Assembly (NCBI RefSeq): GCF_009914755.1 | Contig: NC_060929.1 | Source of the DNA: the human T2T-CHM13v2.0 reference genome, Homo sapiens | DNA: 64,000 nucleotides | Direction: 5' to 3' (one strand) | In this document: positions 1 to 12,489 of the stretch, piece by piece | How positions within the stretch are numbered: position 1 is the first letter of the stretch | How the letters are laid out: each line of letters begins with the position of its first letter | Made by a program: the position numbers and the translations under genes | The notes under the pieces: generated by a model | The model's database searches: none | Told to the model about the DNA's origin: nothing | The model's input: only the letters and a program-made list of their open reading frames with translations

Positions 1-20
1 TTCTATCCACGGTTGTAAGG

Positions 21-98
21 GTGCGTGTGTGTGTGTGTGTGTCGTGTGTTGTGTGTGTGTGTTGTATTGTGAGTGTTGTGTGTTGTGTATGTGTGTTT
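21..98. repeat. Interrupted (TG)n microsatellite
   Basis: gtgtgtgt... tract with ttg/tcg interruptions. Confidence 0.95.
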
Positions 99-419
99 GC
101 ATAGGACATACTTCATCTCTGAAATACAATTCATCAAGATTTTGTGAGGAATTTTGACTTAGAAGCAAGGTCTCCCAAATTTCCAGGTGAACCTTTTGTC
201 AGGCTGCATGCCTGGTTATACCAGGTGTAAGCCATCAATACGTAAACTAGCCACAGGAGTTTCAAACTTTAAACAGACTGTATTTAATCTTGCCCTCATT
301 TTGGCCAGGAATCAGTACCAGACTTTCAGATGTTCTGGGAGATAACTATAGAGCTGTCTCAGTCCAGCAGTAAAAAATAAATCTTACCCATCGGCACTGT
401 GGGAGAATGCCCTAATTTA

Positions 420-622
420 TTGGAATTTCATGCTGAAATGTTTTGGGCCAAAATATTCAGATCTCCATGATTCTACCTATCTAAAGAGATATTTAGTGAA
501 ATTAATAATATATGGTAATATGTTAGCAATTACTAAATATAGGTGGATATTATATTAATCTTGTGTGAAATATTCTTTTAAATTTTCATTATGTCTGAAA
601 AATCTTCACAATAAAAATAAGG
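420..622 (+). mobile_element. Ancient L1 (L1MC4/L1ME-like) 3' end fragment
   Basis: atatgttagcaattactaaatataggtgg...tatgtctgaaaaatcttcacaataaaaa resembles the L1MC/ME 3' terminus. Confidence 0.55.
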
Positions 623-952
623 AAAATCAATAAAGATTCCTGCTAAGTTGTTCTGTGATCTTAGTACAGGACATTATTTTAAAATTCTTCGAAATAAAAT
701 ATTTTGGTATTTAATGGATTACATATTTATATGAGATCTTAGCAACCTCACATATTACAAATTCTCTTTTCTAGATACAATAATGCTGCAGTGTACATAC
801 ACACATATTATATATATAATATACAATGTCTAAATTTTTGTACAATGTGAATATATAATATATGAATGTAATATTCATATGTAATATTAATATGTATATT
901 ATATAGTCATATTCTAAAGTTCAGGTATTAAATTGAGTCAAATCTGTTTACC

Positions 953-1092
953 ATTCCTCCCTCTCTCCCTCCTTCCCTCCCTCCCTTTTTTCTTTCCTTC
1001 CTTCTTTCCTTTCTTCCTTCCTTCCTTCTCCCCTTCCTTCTTTCCTCCTTGCTTCCTTCCTTCCCTCTTTGCTTCCTTCTTTCCTTCCTTCT
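953..1092. repeat. (CCTT)n/(CCCT)n polypyrimidine simple repeat
   Basis: About 140 bp, almost only C/T on the + strand. Confidence 0.95.
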
Positions 1093-1139
1093 TTTGTTAA
1101 TTTAGTCATATTGCAGACAGGGCCTCAGAAAATAAGTAG

Positions 1140-1910
1140 TGAAGATCCACGTAGAATAGGGAAGACTTCTGTGAGGGAGTGCCATTTAAACAGAACCTTG
1201 AATTATAAGAAGAGGTTACTAAAGAGAAGATGGAGAAAAGACTTTGAAAGCATATGCACCATTCCTGAAACAGTGTAAGCCAGGAACATTTTGAGGAATT
1301 AAGAGCAGTTTTGCTTGCCATAATGAGCTAGTGATTTGAGAAAATCAGATGATAGTAACAAAATCAGATGATATGTATTTTTTAAAACAAATTTAAAAAT
1401 AAAGAGCATAATGTTTTCACATACATGTTAAGAGATAAAAATAGACAAATTATACATGGCCTTATAGGTTGAGATAAAGACTTTGATTGTATTCTGTGTG
1501 ACATGGAGATCCATTGAATAATTTTAAAAGAAGAAGAAATATGGCCAAATTTCCACCACAGTAGAATCTGCTGGGAAAAAATAAAAGTGAATAAGGGATG
1601 CAGGAAGTGGAAGCAGTGAGAATATTTTTGGAGATTGATTTTCCTCAGATATCAGTTACTATCCCCAAGTTTTCTCATTCCAGTAGTGATGTCATCGTTG
1701 CCAATTACTGAAGCCAGGAAGTTAGGAATCATCAGTCTTTTTCTTTTGAATTAATGTGACAGTAGTAGAGAGAGAGAAAAAAGTAGGCATGATGTATGTT
1801 ATTTAGAGGATAAGATCTACAGATTTGAAATTGATTTGGCATAAACCCACAGGAAAGTGAAGAATCAAGCATGTATTCTAAGCTTCTGGCTTGAGCAAGT
1901 GAGCAATCAG
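1140..1910 (-). mobile_element. L2 LINE fragments
   Basis: agggaagacttctgtgagggagtgccatttaaacagaaccttg; ggccttataggttgagataaagactttgattgtattct; ctaagcttctggcttgagcaa all match typical antisense L2 3' motifs. Confidence 0.65.
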
Positions 1911-4139
1911 CAACATCAGCCCTGTGACTTACTAGAGTTTTACTGAGGTATACTTTGTAATGTAATAGCTGTGAGAAACTGAATATCATTGAAATTTAGA
2001 AAAGGTTATGACAATGTCATTGGGTTAATAGATAGCCTTTTCTTACAAAGATTTGTAAAAATGAGAGGCCCTAGAAATTTGCTGTGTATATTATGCATAC
2101 AAATATCACCTCCAGTGAATTCGTTTGGAAAAGAAACTCAAAGCAAGGCCAGACAAAGAAAACAAAAAGAAAAGAAAAGAAAGGGAAAGGACAGGGAAGA
2201 AAAGGCAAGAAAAAACAAGACAGACAAAACATTGGAAAAATATGACAGAGAGAGTAAGAATTGTATATATCATAATTTTAAAATATTTTAAATTTATAAA
2301 ATTATTTTTTGACTTTTTTTAATTCAAGAAGACCCTGGATATAAGTCCATCAGTATATAAATAATTGCTAAGAACTGGGACTAAATTTTAAATAAACTAC
2401 ACTGTTGAAAAAGCCAATATTTTCAAGAAAATTGACCAAAAGGTATCCTTGTCTTCATTTCCACTGACATCTTATGACTGCCATATTTTTTCAGCTATGG
2501 CTCTTTTTCTACCAATGGCACGTCACAAAAATGTGTGAACCTCTGGTCACTATAATTATTCACACCAATATTGCATAATTTTACCTCAGAATGTTTTTTC
2601 CAACTACATTCTTTTTCCAGGGGCATTTATATTCAATGTTTTTTCCAGGGGCATTTACATTCTGAATACTGTGCCTCAAAGTCAAACTGGTTAGCATTAC
2701 AATCTTGTCTCGTATTACATATGCATTTATTAATGTACAAATTGACCTCATAAATAGAATATATTTGTCAGGAGTTTCAGGTCTTGTGTTCCCAACACCT
2801 AACAATAGATACTTGTTGAATAAATTATGAAAGGGAAAAATATTTTTTAAGAAATTTTGAAAACTTAAAAAGGAAACAAAGGTGTCACAATGGAAACAAA
2901 ATTTCACTTTTTTTTTCTCTGAGTTTAGAGTAAATCTCAGATTCAAACACATCTAAGGATGTACAATTATCAATTATGTAATTCCAAGGGAAAGTAATTT
3001 GTACTTACAGGTTAGATATGATAATTAATTCACTTAATTCTACTCGTTTGCTTTAAAAAAAAAAGGCTGTCAGAAATAATACATCACAGTAAAACCTCCT
3101 ATCCAACAAGAAAAGATTGTATTTGGGAAAACATTTTCATAGACCTAAATTTAGTAATGTTTCCAACTTACATTTCACCAGTTAAGCTTCCCATTAGAAA
3201 ATGTGTTTGTATGACACCAGTTCCACTTGCATTTTTTCCCATAGGTTTCCCAGCAGACGTTTACAATCCTTTAGTGATGTTATAGCCAGAATTGTATTAG
3301 GTAATAATATAAAATCCCTAAATTTTATGTACAAACCTTCACTGATATTTTGTAGTTATCATGAAAGAATCCTTGTATTTATTTCTATTCTAATTCTCCT
3401 CATGTCATTGGTATTTTATATGTATTCATTGTAAACATGTGTTGAATGTTCTAAATTTACACAAGCAAAACAATGTACATATTCCAGCGCTTAATATTTT
3501 CCCTCTCCCTGTTTTTATTCCATGGCTTTCTCTTGCTTTCACTATTGCAAACTCTGACCCTGAGAGGCAAGAGTCATGACCATTTAGTAAGATGTATCGT
3601 TGAGTATCATAAAATAGTTGGATAGTCTGCTATTTTTTTATAGTAGCAAAAATAGAATGTTCATATGCTTGCCCATGATTTTTATACATTTTTAAATTTG
3701 TCTACCACATGCCTAAATTTACCAAATTAAGTACATGTATATAAAACATTTGCACAAATGTTACTCAAGTTGTCTGAAATAAAAATACATGTATTTTGCA
3801 ATTTAGAGCACATGACACTAAAAATGTATAGCTCCGTTAACTCACCTTTTGAACAAATTTCAGTAAGAAATTTCAGAATGAATATAAAAAAGTTAAGAAA
3901 TATTCTAATATATAGTAGCTGAAAAGTTTACAGAAGTAAAGAAGAAAGACACAAATTAGTAGATTCTGAAGAATTATCTATATGAACCCATAACTATTCT
4001 CTTTATTTTGGATATTCTATTGTTTCCTTATAATTTGTTTATAAGTTTCCTTATAAATAAACAAATTATAAGGAAACAACGGAATATCCAAAACAGAATA
4101 TGCAAGCCAATTAACAATCACCATTTTTACCAACAAAAA

Positions 4140-4400
4140 TATTGAAAGTCAGAAAATTGTGGAATATCTTTGAAGGGCTAATAAATGATAATGGCAAATC
4201 TAGAATTTTATGTCAATTAGATTTAGAATTCAAGAGCAGATCAAAATAGAGACATCTTCAGACAACCCAAAAACTGAGGGTTTACTACCAAGAATAGTAA
4301 CTTTTACAGTATATACCATAGAATAAAGGATAATTAACTGGATGTAAATTCCAAAATATTAGAAGAAGAAAGGATGTGAAAAAATATATATAAGCAATCA
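4140..4400 (+). mobile_element. Ancient L1M ORF1-end fragment
   Basis: tggaatatctttgaagggct...aatctagaattttatg...agacatcttcagacaacccaaaaactgagggtttactacc matches the L1 ORF1 C-terminal region. Confidence 0.6.
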
Positions 4401-5524
4401 CAATTTTATTTAACAAACACACCAACAATATGTGATTTGTGGGAATAAGAAAAACAATGTAAATATAAAATAATGAACAATTTGTAGCAAATATTTTTAA
4501 ATAATTGCAATTAAAGAGCCCTAAGACTTGGTATTGTTTGGGCTTGGTGTTAATAAACTTTATATTTTATGTTAATAATGTTTATTAGAATATCAAAATT
4601 GCCTAGCAAAAGAAAACTGATAATGTGAATAATTTCCAAAATAAAAGAGATAAGTTACAAACAATGTTAAAGTAAACAAATGCAAAACAAGGCAAAAAAA
4701 AAAAATCAAAGTGAGAAAGACCAGCAAAGTGAATAAAAGGAAGAAAATATGACTTTAAATATAAAAAAAAATAAATGAAAACCTAAAAAATAACATGCAA
4801 GTTGCCAAAATAAAACAATTTACTTGACTGAATAAAGGTCGTTAAAGGATTTCTTCAGCTGGTGAGCACCAGGCAAACCTGAAGACTAGGTAGTTCCAGA
4901 CTGAAGTAGGATCAGGTTTCTAACAGAAGAAGTCTGTTGAGTATGCCTGGTTTAGGCTGGACAGATATTTTCTGCTTTAACTGAAGTTGAGTTTAGGTTT
5001 TTGGGTTTTTTTCTGTTTGTTTTTGTTTTATCTGTTTATGTTCCACTTTCAGAGTCTCATTATCCATCAGAACAATATTATATGAGAACAATCTTTGCAG
5101 TTGATGGGCTAACCACGTTCCCTGGGTGGAGCAGGGGAAGTAGACAAGAATAAGAATGAAGTGGATGTAAAGGAAGAAGGCAAGGGGTGGGGGATTATTA
5201 CCCTCTAGTATGTTTGTTTTAATCACTTTACACGGTTACTAGTTTTCAAATTTACTAAATATTTTATATGATTCAAATCATTAACTGAGAAATTTATTTC
5301 AAATTCAGTGCTCTTTGCAAAGTACTGGCTAGATGTTGGAATCCAAAAATGAACTGTGAAAAAAGGCCCGTGTCCTCAGGAACTTATGTTCAGAAGAAAT
5401 GGAAAAACAAAATTAAATAAGTGGATAAATACATGTGTGTTGTTTTACTAAGACCTTATTTATTAAATATTTTGCTAAGCCTATAATATTAAATCAGCTA
5501 TTTATATATCTCTATATAACAATG

Positions 5525-5590
5525 GTTCTAGAGTCAGGACGTTAACCTTGTGGACTCCTCAGTGACCTTGAGTAATCACTCAACCAAAAT
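5525..5590 (+). mobile_element. MIR SINE fragment
   Basis: ctagagtcaggac...gtgaccttgagtaatcactcaacc resembles the MIR core. Confidence 0.45.
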
Positions 5591-6054
5591 ACATTTGTAT
5601 TTAAATACGAACATAAGTTCTAACATTATGTTGTTACCCTAGCCACTTCACAAAATATGTTCGAACAATAGGTTGTTACCCTAGGCACTTCACAAAATAT
5701 TTGAAAAACACATTGATAGATAATTTGATGATTCTATAAATCTGGTAAATGAATTAGAAATATTATGAAAGGTTTTTCTGAGAGGATACCATCGAGCAAA
5801 GAGAAAATGACTAGCATTTGACACTATGTAACTTTAAATCTATATTTCAGGGACCTCTGTCACTTTCTTGGGGAATTGAATCACCTATTCCTACTTAGCA
5901 GCATGAAAATGAGTTGAATCTCCAGGTTATAGCATTTGAAGGCATGCCTGAGAAGAGCAGATTCACAAATCAACAGGTGGTTGATGTTTTCTGTGGGGAG
6001 CATTCCTACCTCAATCCTGCTGCTGTGACCCATTCCTAACAGCTTTGGGGTCTA

Positions 6055-6412
6055 CAGTCCCCCTTGGTACCTGCTGGGGATTTGTTCCAGGACCACCACC
6101 AATCCTACCACCATCATCCCTTCATAGCAAAAGCCAGAGATGCTCAAGTTTCTTATATAAAATGGCCTAGTATTTGCATATAACTTACACACACCCTTTT
6201 GTATACTTTATATCATTTCCAGATTACCTACATTAATAATACTGAATACAATATAAATGCTATGCACATAATTGTTATAAGGATTGTTTTTTATTTGCAT
6301 TGTTTTATTGTTGTATTTCTTTTTAAAAATTATTTTTGGTATTTCTTTTAACAAATATGTTTGATTCATGTTAGTTAAATCCACCCACAATGGGGTTATG
6401 GAGGGTCAATTG
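6055..6412 (+). mobile_element. MER2 (TcMar-Tigger non-autonomous DNA transposon)
   Basis: TA|cagtcccccttggtacc...gatgctcaagtttcttatataaaatggcctagtatttgcatataac...ggagggtcaattg|TA; degenerate TIRs and TA target duplication. Confidence 0.9.
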
Positions 6413-7229
6413 TATTCAGGAATTTGCATTAACAGACTTAAGAGCCTAGTAGATTCTTTGCTTAAATGAACTCTGTGCAGACACAGCATTCAACATTTCT
6501 ATTTTGATACTTTAAGCAGACTGCAGTGTTTGACAAGCTATTTCAGTAATATGCAATAATCTTTACAAAATAGACATAGATGTTCTGTGACCCCAAATTC
6601 TCTGAAACTCTAAACTCAATTATTGAATCTATAGTGGTGTTTCTGATCAGATTACAACATGAAGGAAGCAATGGAACTTGGCCTAATGTAATGAAAAATA
6701 TTGCTATCTCTCCACTGATTATTTTGGATGATGGGAGAGCTGTATAGCCATTTAACTAAAGAGGAATCCTTTCATGAACTACTCTGAAGTACTTTAAGAG
6801 ATGGAGTTGCTGAAGAAAAAAGATTGAAAACAATTGGCTTAGCTGTTTGGAGCGTGGCAAGAATGTAACTATAATCTGTCATTGTGTGGGCAGACAGATT
6901 GCCTGAAAATTGAATAAATTGGAAATCACTGGAAGGCAGCTATTTTGTCCTTGAGTGCATTAGATATCTTGGAAAAATGTTATTAAATGGTGAACAATTG
7001 CTATCGAAAAGTTTCTAGTTGTTTGGAATATAGAGTTACATAAAGTCAAGATTCTATTATTATTCTAATAATAGATAAAACCCGAATGTAAAGAAAATGT
7101 TTCCTATGAAATATGTAATTTAATTCTTATCAGAGCAATACTTTAAACAATTATTTGATTATCCTGTGTTTGTGAATGTATATAAAGTAAGCAATAACCT
7201 TATTTTCTCCTCTTTGTAATTTAATTCAT

Positions 7230-7326
7230 TGGAAATTTAAAATCTCAGACTTCTCTCCAGCCCTGTTAAATCTGCATCTTCATTTCCAGGTCACTCATAT
7301 ACTGTTTAACTTTGAGAAGCACTGCT
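7230..7326. mobile_element. MER5A-like hAT-Charlie fragment
   Basis: aaaatctcagacttctctccagccctgttaaatc...tttgagaagcactg terminus. Confidence 0.55.
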
Positions 7327-9289
7327 GTATATTGTCTTGAGAGTCCATACTATGAAATAAATTGGCCCTTATTTACTCCTCAATTGAAATTCTTCAAAGA
7401 CTTCCTTAAAGTTTCTAAATAAGTCCCAGTTAGTGGAAATGAACTGAATTTAGTTTAATTTTTTTATCATGCATTGCTGTCCAAAAGAAGAAAGCTTATT
7501 TCTGCCAACTTCTTCTTATCCTCAACTTCCAACCACTGTCACGTCTGTCTTCTTTCTTTTTAATATTTTCAGGTGAATTAGAGGTTTGTCAACCGTAAGA
7601 ATGAAATATATGGTTTATGGCCTATTTTTATGTAACTGGTCATTCTGAGATCTGGAAAATACTACCTGTGTTTATCTGCAACTAAAATCTAGACACCTGA
7701 GCCTACACTGCATAGCGAAACAGGTCACTAGAAAAACACAAGCAATTTAGAAAGGCTTTTAATATTGAACAGTTGCATTTTGTTTCTATTCATGTCTATC
7801 GCTTTCTCTTTTTTATTCTAAATCACTTTATTATATTCTATATTTAATATTCTATCATTAATATGTCAATAACAGTCAATAATAATTGAGGACTTAGGTT
7901 TTGTCAATACACTGATTTATAATTAGTACAATATGTTATGAGTTTCCTTCGCACATTAATATTATCAGCTCTTCATTTTTTGTTGTTCACAATATATCTT
8001 CAACTACCTTTTTATTTTTAGGCAATGTACATATTACAATTTAAGAATAACATCTTCTTTGTTAAATATTTATTTCCACCCCTTTTCAGAAAATTAGATG
8101 GTTTACACTTATTGTTAGAAATAATATAAAGCTTTTCTGGTTTTGTGCTTCTAAATAATATTATTAATATATTCTTTTGTAATTACAAAAACTCCTTGTT
8201 TTTGTTTTGTAATTACTTTCTCAATAAAATAGAGCTGCAAATATTTTGTTCCTTTAAATATTTCAAATAAATAATTTTCATTTATAATAAAAAATATAAA
8301 ATATGCCAAAGAATTTATTATTTCAAAAAATATGTCATTCACCAATTTGCTTTTAAATTTGTGAAGTCTCATTTTATTTTAATACTTTAATCATAGATCT
8401 TAACTTTCTTATAATTAATTTTAATTTGTATTTAACATGGTAATAATATTTTTACTTAATTTTATATTGTTGGGTTAGTAGTCACTGTTAGTACACATAA
8501 CTATTTTACTTTTTCAACATATAATTTTCATTAATCTTATTCAGATAAAGTTCATTTTCACTATTTTTCTTCAGTTGGAAATATTTCATATTTTAAAGAC
8601 TTCCATTCCTAACAAATGTGGAATACAACATTTCTAGCTCAAAATATTTTCCAAAACAAAACAGAATTTTTCCAGTCTTCACATATAAAACTAAAGCAAC
8701 AAGCTCAAGTCTATCCAGACATTTTATACTTCAGAAATGAAAATATTAATCTTACGTGTTTATGGTGGATGTTTTTCTTATAATTTTAGTTAAAAAATAT
8801 TTGTAGAAGGTTTTTATAGTAATATAGTCAGAAAATTAGTCTGCATTTTTATCTACAAATTAAGCAGTATTTTAAAAATTAGCTCAGGAAATTTTATTTT
8901 ATATTGTATTTTAGTCTGTATTTGAATGATATTTAAATTCTTAGATTTTCACTTTAGATGTGGGAACTCAGGTGCTTAATTCTATCCTCTTTAATTTTAT
9001 ATCTGTGATTTCTTCTGGTTTGTTTTCAGTTCTATTTTTTTCCTGCACTGCAAAAGAGTTTCTAAAGATTGTATTTAATATTACAAGCTTCATTTAATGC
9101 TCTATCATTTGGCATTTACATTTTTACATGGTTTTAAAATTATATATATTTCTTTGTATTTTTTATCTAATTTTATACAATTTTAAAAATCATGCACCTC
9201 TAATATCTATTGACTAGGTTTAGCTTTCATTTCAGAGATAACATTAATAGTGAAAAATATTATCTTAAATGCAAAGATATTCATTATTT

Positions 9290-9430
9290 AAAAATTGATC
9301 AATGACATTCACCAAATTATCACAGAGACAAAAACATAAAATGATCATCTGTAGAGATGCAGAAAAATAATTTGACAAAATTCAGCACTGATTTATAAGA
9401 ATTATCAGCAAAATAAGAATAGAAATGAAA
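9290..9430 (+). mobile_element. Ancient L1M ORF2 (RT region) fragment
   Basis: atgatcatctgtagagatgcagaaaaataatttgacaaaattcagca, a degenerate [15 protein letters not shown] motif. Confidence 0.7.
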
Positions 9431-9746
9431 ATTGACCAACAACCAGAAATGACAGCAACAACAAAATACCAAGTCAGTAAAGATGGAGAGAAATAGGGAA
9501 GCAGTGAAGGTAGATGTCATTTCTGTTTTTAGTGGTGGAATACAAGGTGTTCTTGTGCTTAAAGGTCATGTTCTTGTGATAAAACGCACTGCAGAGACAA
9601 CACAGTTTAATTGGCTGAGGCAGGTGACTCCCTTTAAGCATCAGGGTGGAACAAACTACGCGACAAAATGTAATTTTAAAAACCACTCTCATTCAAATGT
9701 AATAATATCAAAGCACCCTTAACTCATTAATGAGTGAAACAATGAG

Positions 9747-10228
9747 TGTCATGGTCTGAATTGTGTTCCCCTCCCCAAACCCGTATGTTCAAGCCCTAAC
9801 CCCTAGTTATACACACAAGGTAAATGAAACCTTATTTGGACACAAAGTTTTTGCAGATGTAATCAAGCTAAAATTAGGTCTTTAGGTGGGACTTAAAACA
9901 ACATGGGTTATCTTTATAAGAAGAGGGAACAGAAACAGATAGGATATGGAGAGGACCATGTGAAGACAGAAGCTGAGACTGAAAAGGATTTATGTATTAA
10001 TATTAACAGAAGCCAAGGAACACCATCTGAAGTTCTGATGGCAACATCAGAAGCTAAGAGAAAGGCATGGAAAAGATTCTCACCTAGAGCATCCAGAGGA
10101 GAGGTTGGTCCTGCAGACACCTTGTTTTCTGACTTCTGACCTCCGCAACTGTGAGAGAAGAAATTTCTGTTGCTTAAAGACACACAGCTTGTGGTACTTT
10201 ATTATAGCAGCCCAAGGTAACTAATATA
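9747..10228 (+). mobile_element. MLT1B/C MaLR solo LTR
   Basis: Starts tgtcatggtctgaattgtgttcccc; contains tttgcagatgtaatcaag and gacaccttgttttctgacttctgacctcc; ends ...gtaactaatata. Confidence 0.85.
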
Positions 10229-10749
10229 GATGACAAAACTGGCTCCAAGGGTGTTTGAGGAACTGGACCTTTATAGGCATTATTTTCATAATACTGCATT
10301 AAGCTATGATAACTGGATTAGATTCAAAATTGGCTAATGCCTTAAATGCAATAAAGCTATAATTTTGAGATAAAATTTTAATAGCTTTATGAGATATAAT
10401 TAACATCTGGTATACTGCACTTTTTTGAGGTGTGAAATTTTTAAACATTAACATATGTATATACTTGTAAAACTATCACACTATAGAGAGATCTCAAGCC
10501 TCTTCTTTTGACTTTCAACACATTGTCAATCCAGTACTAATCTGGTTTTATTACCATATATTAGCTTTTATTTTCTACAATTATGTATCAGTAGAATTAT
10601 AGAGTATGAATTCTTTTTGTCTTTTTTCCTTAAGCATAATATTTTTGAGATTCAACAATTTCTTGCATGTTTAAGTAGCACTTTTTTTTTGTTACATATT
10701 ATTTCATTTCATAGACATACCACTATAATTTATTTACTAAACTCTTGAC

Positions 10750-10940
10750 CAGAGGGTCTCAAATGAGGGACATTTTACCTGCCAGGGGACATTTCCAATG
10801 TTTGGGGACACTTTTGGTTATCAGAGGTTTGTGGAGGAGGGGATGGAGTGTGCACAGGCCAGGGTTCCACAAAGGATAGCTCCGCACAACAAAGAATTAA
10901 GCCACTTCAACAGCTAATAGTGCTGAACTTGAGAACGCCG
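10750..10940 (+). mobile_element. MER20 (hAT-Charlie)
   Basis: cagagggtctcaa...ccaggggacatttccaatgtttggggacac...cacaacaaagaatta...aatagtgctgaacttgagaa. Confidence 0.85.
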
Positions 10941-12068
10941 CTCTTGGTGGACAGTTGCATGGTGTCTGTTTTTGACAATAATGAATAAAGGTACTTGTGC
11001 AAGCCTTTTTATAGACTTATGCTTTTCTCCCCCCTAGGATAAATGCCTAGGGGTAGAATTGGTACATGTAAGGTAGATTTAGTTATCCAAAGTAGCTATA
11101 CTGTGTTACACTCCCACCGTCAATGTATGCAAACTCTAGATTGTGGTTTCTTGACATCTATGCCAAATATTGGTAACACAATTTTTAAAATAGTAGCTTT
11201 TCTAGTAGATGTGTATAATTATCTCATTTTATTTTTTATTACTAATGATATTAAGAAATTTTTCATTTGCTTATTTGCTATTATATCATTTTTGTGTAGC
11301 ATCTGTTAGTTTTTATAGTTCTCTTGTTTCCATGTTGTACATTATATTTATACATTCTTGCTCTTATTCATAATAAATAGTATATATAATTGTGTAATTA
11401 AAAATAAACATTAAAATATAAATATATTTATACATTTCTGTAGTTTATCATTATATAATTATTGCTTTCTGAATAAAAACAAATTTCTCCACAGTTTGGA
11501 TAAAAAGAAATGCTTTCATGTAGTTTACTAAGACATTTTCTGTGCTTTATATTTGAAGCCTATGCTTTCACTTTTACATATTGTTCCATAATATATTTTG
11601 GACTCATTTAATTTTGAACTCATTCATGCTTTTGTTGTGAGGAAGGACTTGAGGTTTGTTTTCTTCACATTTATCTCATAGTTCTGCACACTTTGTTAAA
11701 TAAAATTATCTTTCCCCTTTGAATAACTGCAGTATCTTTGATATTATATTATTCATATAAGCATGGATCTATTTGTGAACTCTATTCCATTCCATTACTC
11801 TAATTGTTTATCCATATACTAATAACACATTCTCTTGATGACTATAGCTTTAAGTTATTGCATGGTGTTAGGAAGTGTGAGTATTCCAACTTTTTTTTCA
11901 GCTTTTTATCATTTGTTTTTGCTCTCTTGATGTACATTTTTAAATCAGTGTGTCAATTTATATAAAAATATCTTTTGTGATTATGGTGAGGATTTCTAGA
12001 ATGATTAATTTGGAAAAACCAAAACCTTTTACACACTAAAATTCACTGAACTTTCAAGCCATGATTAT

Positions 12069-12489
12069 TGTATTAGTTTGTTCTGGCATTGCTATAGAGA
12101 AATACAGAAGACTCAACAATTTATGAAGAAAAGAGGTTTAATTGCCCCACTGTTCTGCAGGCTATACAGGAAGGATGATGCTGGCATCTACTTAGCTTCT
12201 GGGAAGACTCAGGAAATGTACAATCATGGCAGAAAGCAAAGGGGGACAGGCACGCCACATGGCCAGAACAGCAAGAGAGTGAAAGGGGAAGGTGCTACAC
12301 ACTTTTAAATGACCAGATCTCATGAGAACTCACTCACTCACTATTATGAGAACAATATCAAGAGGGATGATGCTGAACCACTCATGAGAAATCCACCCCA
12401 TGATCCAATCACCTCCCACCAGGCCTCACCTCTAACATTGGAGATTACATCATATCAGATTTGGGCAGGGACACACATCAAAACCATCA
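12069..12489 (-). mobile_element. MSTA/MSTB MaLR solo LTR with 5-bp TSD ATTAT
   Basis: tgtattagtttgttctggcattgctat...aaaccatca; ATTAT at 12064-12068 and 12490-12494. Confidence 0.9.

Noticed and set aside
1341-1373. aaaatcagatgata x2 (also atgaaccacag x2 near 43463)
   Set aside because: Very short slippage duplications, common in neutral DNA.
1989-2322. Lys/Arg/Glu-rich 100-aa and 65-aa ORFs
   Set aside because: Derived from an A/G-rich low-complexity stretch; no domain or splice context.
6720-6950. Possible L3/CR1 LINE fragment
   Set aside because: Resemblance too weak to support by eye.
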